NCBI GenBank assembly: GCA_027490055.1
Contig: JAIXYV010000085.1
Location: 543-64,542 of the forward strand
Length of the DNA: 64,000 nucleotides
Reading direction: 5' to 3'
Source of the DNA: Bacteroidota bacterium
GTDB lineage: Bacteria; Bacteroidota; Bacteroidia; NS11-12g; UBA955
Below are positions 61,959 to 64,000 of this stretch, piece after piece. The position numbers and the translations under genes were made by a program. The notes beneath the pieces are model-generated. The model saw only the letters and a list, made by a program, of their open reading frames with translations. It did not search any database and had not been told where the DNA came from. How positions within the stretch are numbered: the stretch's first letter is position 1; each line of letters opens with the position of its first letter.

Positions 61959-64000
61959 TTATTTCTTTTTTAGTAACCTTTTAATACGCGATTTATGCTT
62001 TTGGTCGCCACCATCGTCTTCGTAATAACCATAGCCGTAACCATAACCATAACCGTATTTGCCACCATAAATATTGCTTCTGTTGACATCGTTGATAATA
62101 ACCGACAGATTGGTGTAATTCTTACTCTTGTAAAGGTTATTAATGTTGCTGATTACATTCTCTTTAGAATATCCGGAACGAACAACATAAATAGACAAGT
62201 CGCATTTCTTAAATACATTGTTTGCGTCTGTTACCAATCCTATTGGAGGATTATCCGCCATAATGATGTCATATTCCAGGAACAACTGATCGATCAAATC
62301 ATCAAACTCCTTTTTCAATAATAATTCGTTAGGATTCGGTGGAATCGGACCAGCAGGAATCAAATCCAGATTGTGCAAGGTAGAATGCTGAACCGCTTCT
62401 TTCCAGGTTGTCATACCAGATAAAATAGAACTCATTCCAATTGAATTATCGACATTGAAACCAACGTGAATCTTCGGTTTACGCATATCCAAATCGAGAA
62501 TCACCACTTTCTTACCAGTTAATGCCAAAATAGCGGCATAATTAATAGCAAAGAAGGTTTTACCCTCTCCGGATATCGTCGATGTTACACCGATAATCTG
62601 CTTGGATTTTTTCGGCAGCATAAAATCAGAATTGGTTCTGATAGAACGCAAAGCCTCACTGATAGACGATTTCGGATTCTTGTCCACAACCAGCGTAGAG
62701 GCAGACATTTTCTTTTTATAAGAAGGAATAGATCCAAGAATTGGCGCCATTAATTTGCTCTCAATCTGCTGCTGACTGTAAATCACATTCATGAACATGT
62801 ATTTCAGAACAATGAATATCAAAACAGGTAAAACACCCCCGATAAAAAACATAATCCAGATACGCTGTGTATTAGGAGAAATAGGCTTAGGCGCTACATA
62901 TGCCTGAGATAGAATAGTAAATTCAGGTACAGTTCCAGCTTTAGAAATCTGATACTCGATCTGCTTTTCAATTAAACTCAGGTAATACTTTTCGTATAAG
63001 GAATTGAATCGTTTAAGTCTGTTTAATTCTGTTTCTTTATTCGGCAATCCAGCAAACTGTCCGGTAAGCATGGCCATCTTAGCATTTAAATCAGCATTCT
63101 GATCCGCTACATACTTCTTAGTTTCTGTAATGTAATTGAGTAATTGCGACTTTATAATCGATATTTCGAGTTCAATTTTCTTGAAAGGTACTGTCGATTC
63201 TTTATTGGAAATCTTCAGCATCTCTTTACTCTTATAAAGATTATTCAATTCATTCACCCCATCGGCAATCTGAATATTGTCAATTCCAAAAACCAGAGGC
63301 ACTATATTAGCCTTACTTGAATTACTTTGAATAAAAGTAAGCAACTCATCAAATTTCTTGAGCGATCTTGAAATCTCTTCTTTATTCTTTTGAACTTCCT
63401 CTAATTGCTTTGCAACCTCACCGTACTCAGCACCTGGAGATATAGAACCTGTGCGCTTTACAAAGTTCTCAATATTGTTTTCGTATTCCTCAAGTTTACC
63501 CGCTGTACTCTCAATCTGAGACTCGATAAACTTAAGTGTTTGCTCTTGCGATTTTTGCTTCTTCTCTATACTCTGTTTCAGATAAACCGTATCGTAAGCG
63601 TTAACAATATCACGGGCTTTTTCTGCATTGTTGTCAGCAAATGCTATAGTTAAAGTTCGGGCTTCTGTGCTTGATGCCTCAACCATTAACTGGCCTAATA
63701 AATACGACACTAAATATTCTCTGCTGTTAACCCTGAAGATGTATTCTTTCTTTTCTATATCATTCTCTTTAATATTGGTCCACTGCAGGGCAAATTTAAA
63801 ATCCCCCAGCTGGATAATATCGCCTATAGAATAGGTTTTGGCCTTGCTCTCATCAGCATCTTTTTCAAAGAGTTTGAACTGATACTTACTGGTAAAAATG
63901 ACCATATACTCTCTGTCGTTCAAAGTATAAACTGGATCAGAAAATATCTCCACTCTGAAGGGTGATTTCTTATAAATCTCTGTCGTTAAAATGTTTCCAA
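61959..64000 (-). CDS. Polysaccharide co-polymerase / BY-kinase (Wzc-like), N-terminus beyond the right edge
   Basis: The reading frame stays open to position 64000; the track start at 63953 is only a GTG. Walker A SGEGKT, A' ILDLDMRKP, B IIMADNPP. C-terminal tyrosine cluster YGYGYGYGYGYY. Confidence 0.85.
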   Translation of the reverse strand, partial: GNILTTEIYKKSPFRVEIFSDPVYTLNDREYMVIFTSKYQFKLFEKDADESKAKTYSIGDIIQLGDFKFALQWTNIKENDIEKKEYIFRVNSREYLVSYLLGQLMVEASSTEARTLTIAFADNNAEKARDIVNAYDTVYLKQSIEKKQKSQEQTLKFIESQIESTAGKLEEYENNIENFVKRTGSISPGAEYGEVAKQLEEVQKNKEEISRSLKKFDELLTFIQSNSSKANIVPLVFGIDNIQIADGVNELNNLYKSKEMLKISNKESTVPFKKIELEISIIKSQLLNYITETKKYVADQNADLNAKMAMLTGQFAGLPNKETELNRLKRFNSLYEKYYLSLIEKQIEYQISKAGTVPEFTILSQAYVAPKPISPNTQRIWIMFFIGGVLPVLIFIVLKYMFMNVIYSQQQIESKLMAPILGSIPSYKKKMSASTLVVDKNPKSSISEALRSIRTNSDFMLPKKSKQIIGVTSTISGEGKTFFAINYAAILALTGKKVVILDLDMRKPKIHVGFNVDNSIGMSSILSGMTTWKEAVQHSTLHNLDLIPAGPIPPNPNELLLKKEFDDLIDQLFLEYDIIMADNPPIGLVTDANNVFKKCDLSIYVVRSGYSKENVISNINNLYKSKNYTNLSVIINDVNRSNIYGGKYGYGYGYGYGYYEDDGGDQKHKSRIKRLLKKK
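62022..62057 (-). repeat. Coding hexanucleotide microsatellite encoding the (YG)n tyrosine cluster of the BY-kinase
   Basis: Plus strand GTAATA ACCATA GCCGTA ACCATA ACCATA ACCGTA, which on minus reads TAC GGT TAT GGT ... (YGYGYGYGYGYY). Confidence 0.9.

Overview
This is a chromosomal, mostly housekeeping 64-kb segment of a Bacteroidota genome. The phylum is inferred from a T9SS C-terminal sorting domain, Omp28/DUF4249/GH3-type genes, TTTG-N18-20-TAnnTTTG promoters and start codons without Shine-Dalgarno leaders. The left 10.8 kb is a complete minus-strand dcw block: mraZ-rsmH-ftsL-ftsI-murE-mraY-murD-ftsW-murG-murC, with murC partial at the edge. After it come small metabolic and envelope genes (acyl-CoA dehydrogenase, lplA, xerD, dgkA). 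Three tRNA-Leu genes bracket a GH3-family gene and a beta-lactamase-fold gene. Next is tig-clpP-clpX with a translationally coupled Crp/Fnr regulator, then a 1448-aa PKD-rich T9SS cargo protein. The rest holds recQ, two glycosyltransferases, mutL, rhomboid, rpiB, tatC, fabG, a GNAT / HExxH / secreted coiled-coil operon, dnaK, a LytS-type kinase plus LytTR regulator, phoA, pabA/trpG, purF, a sirtuin, a GT2, a UvrD-type helicase fused to an Fe-S PD-(D/E)XK nuclease, and the end of an EPS locus (PHP tyrosine phosphatase plus Wzc-type BY-kinase, partial at the right edge). I saw no rRNA, CRISPR array, transposase, prophage or recognisable defence genes. I could not identify a convincing new multi-gene system. 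The most unusual signal is non-coding: two distant intergenic spacers (tig-clpP, and GNAT-fabG) carry related GC-rich units of about 100 bp that end in tandem heptanucleotide arrays (CCTATAT/CCTGATT and CCATTAA types, about 35 heptamers in total). Other notable points are a textbook-phased MraZ operator upstream of mraZ, an orphan terminator that may mark a small RNA divergent from purF, and several gene-level oddities. All functional calls come from reading motifs by eye; no database search was run.
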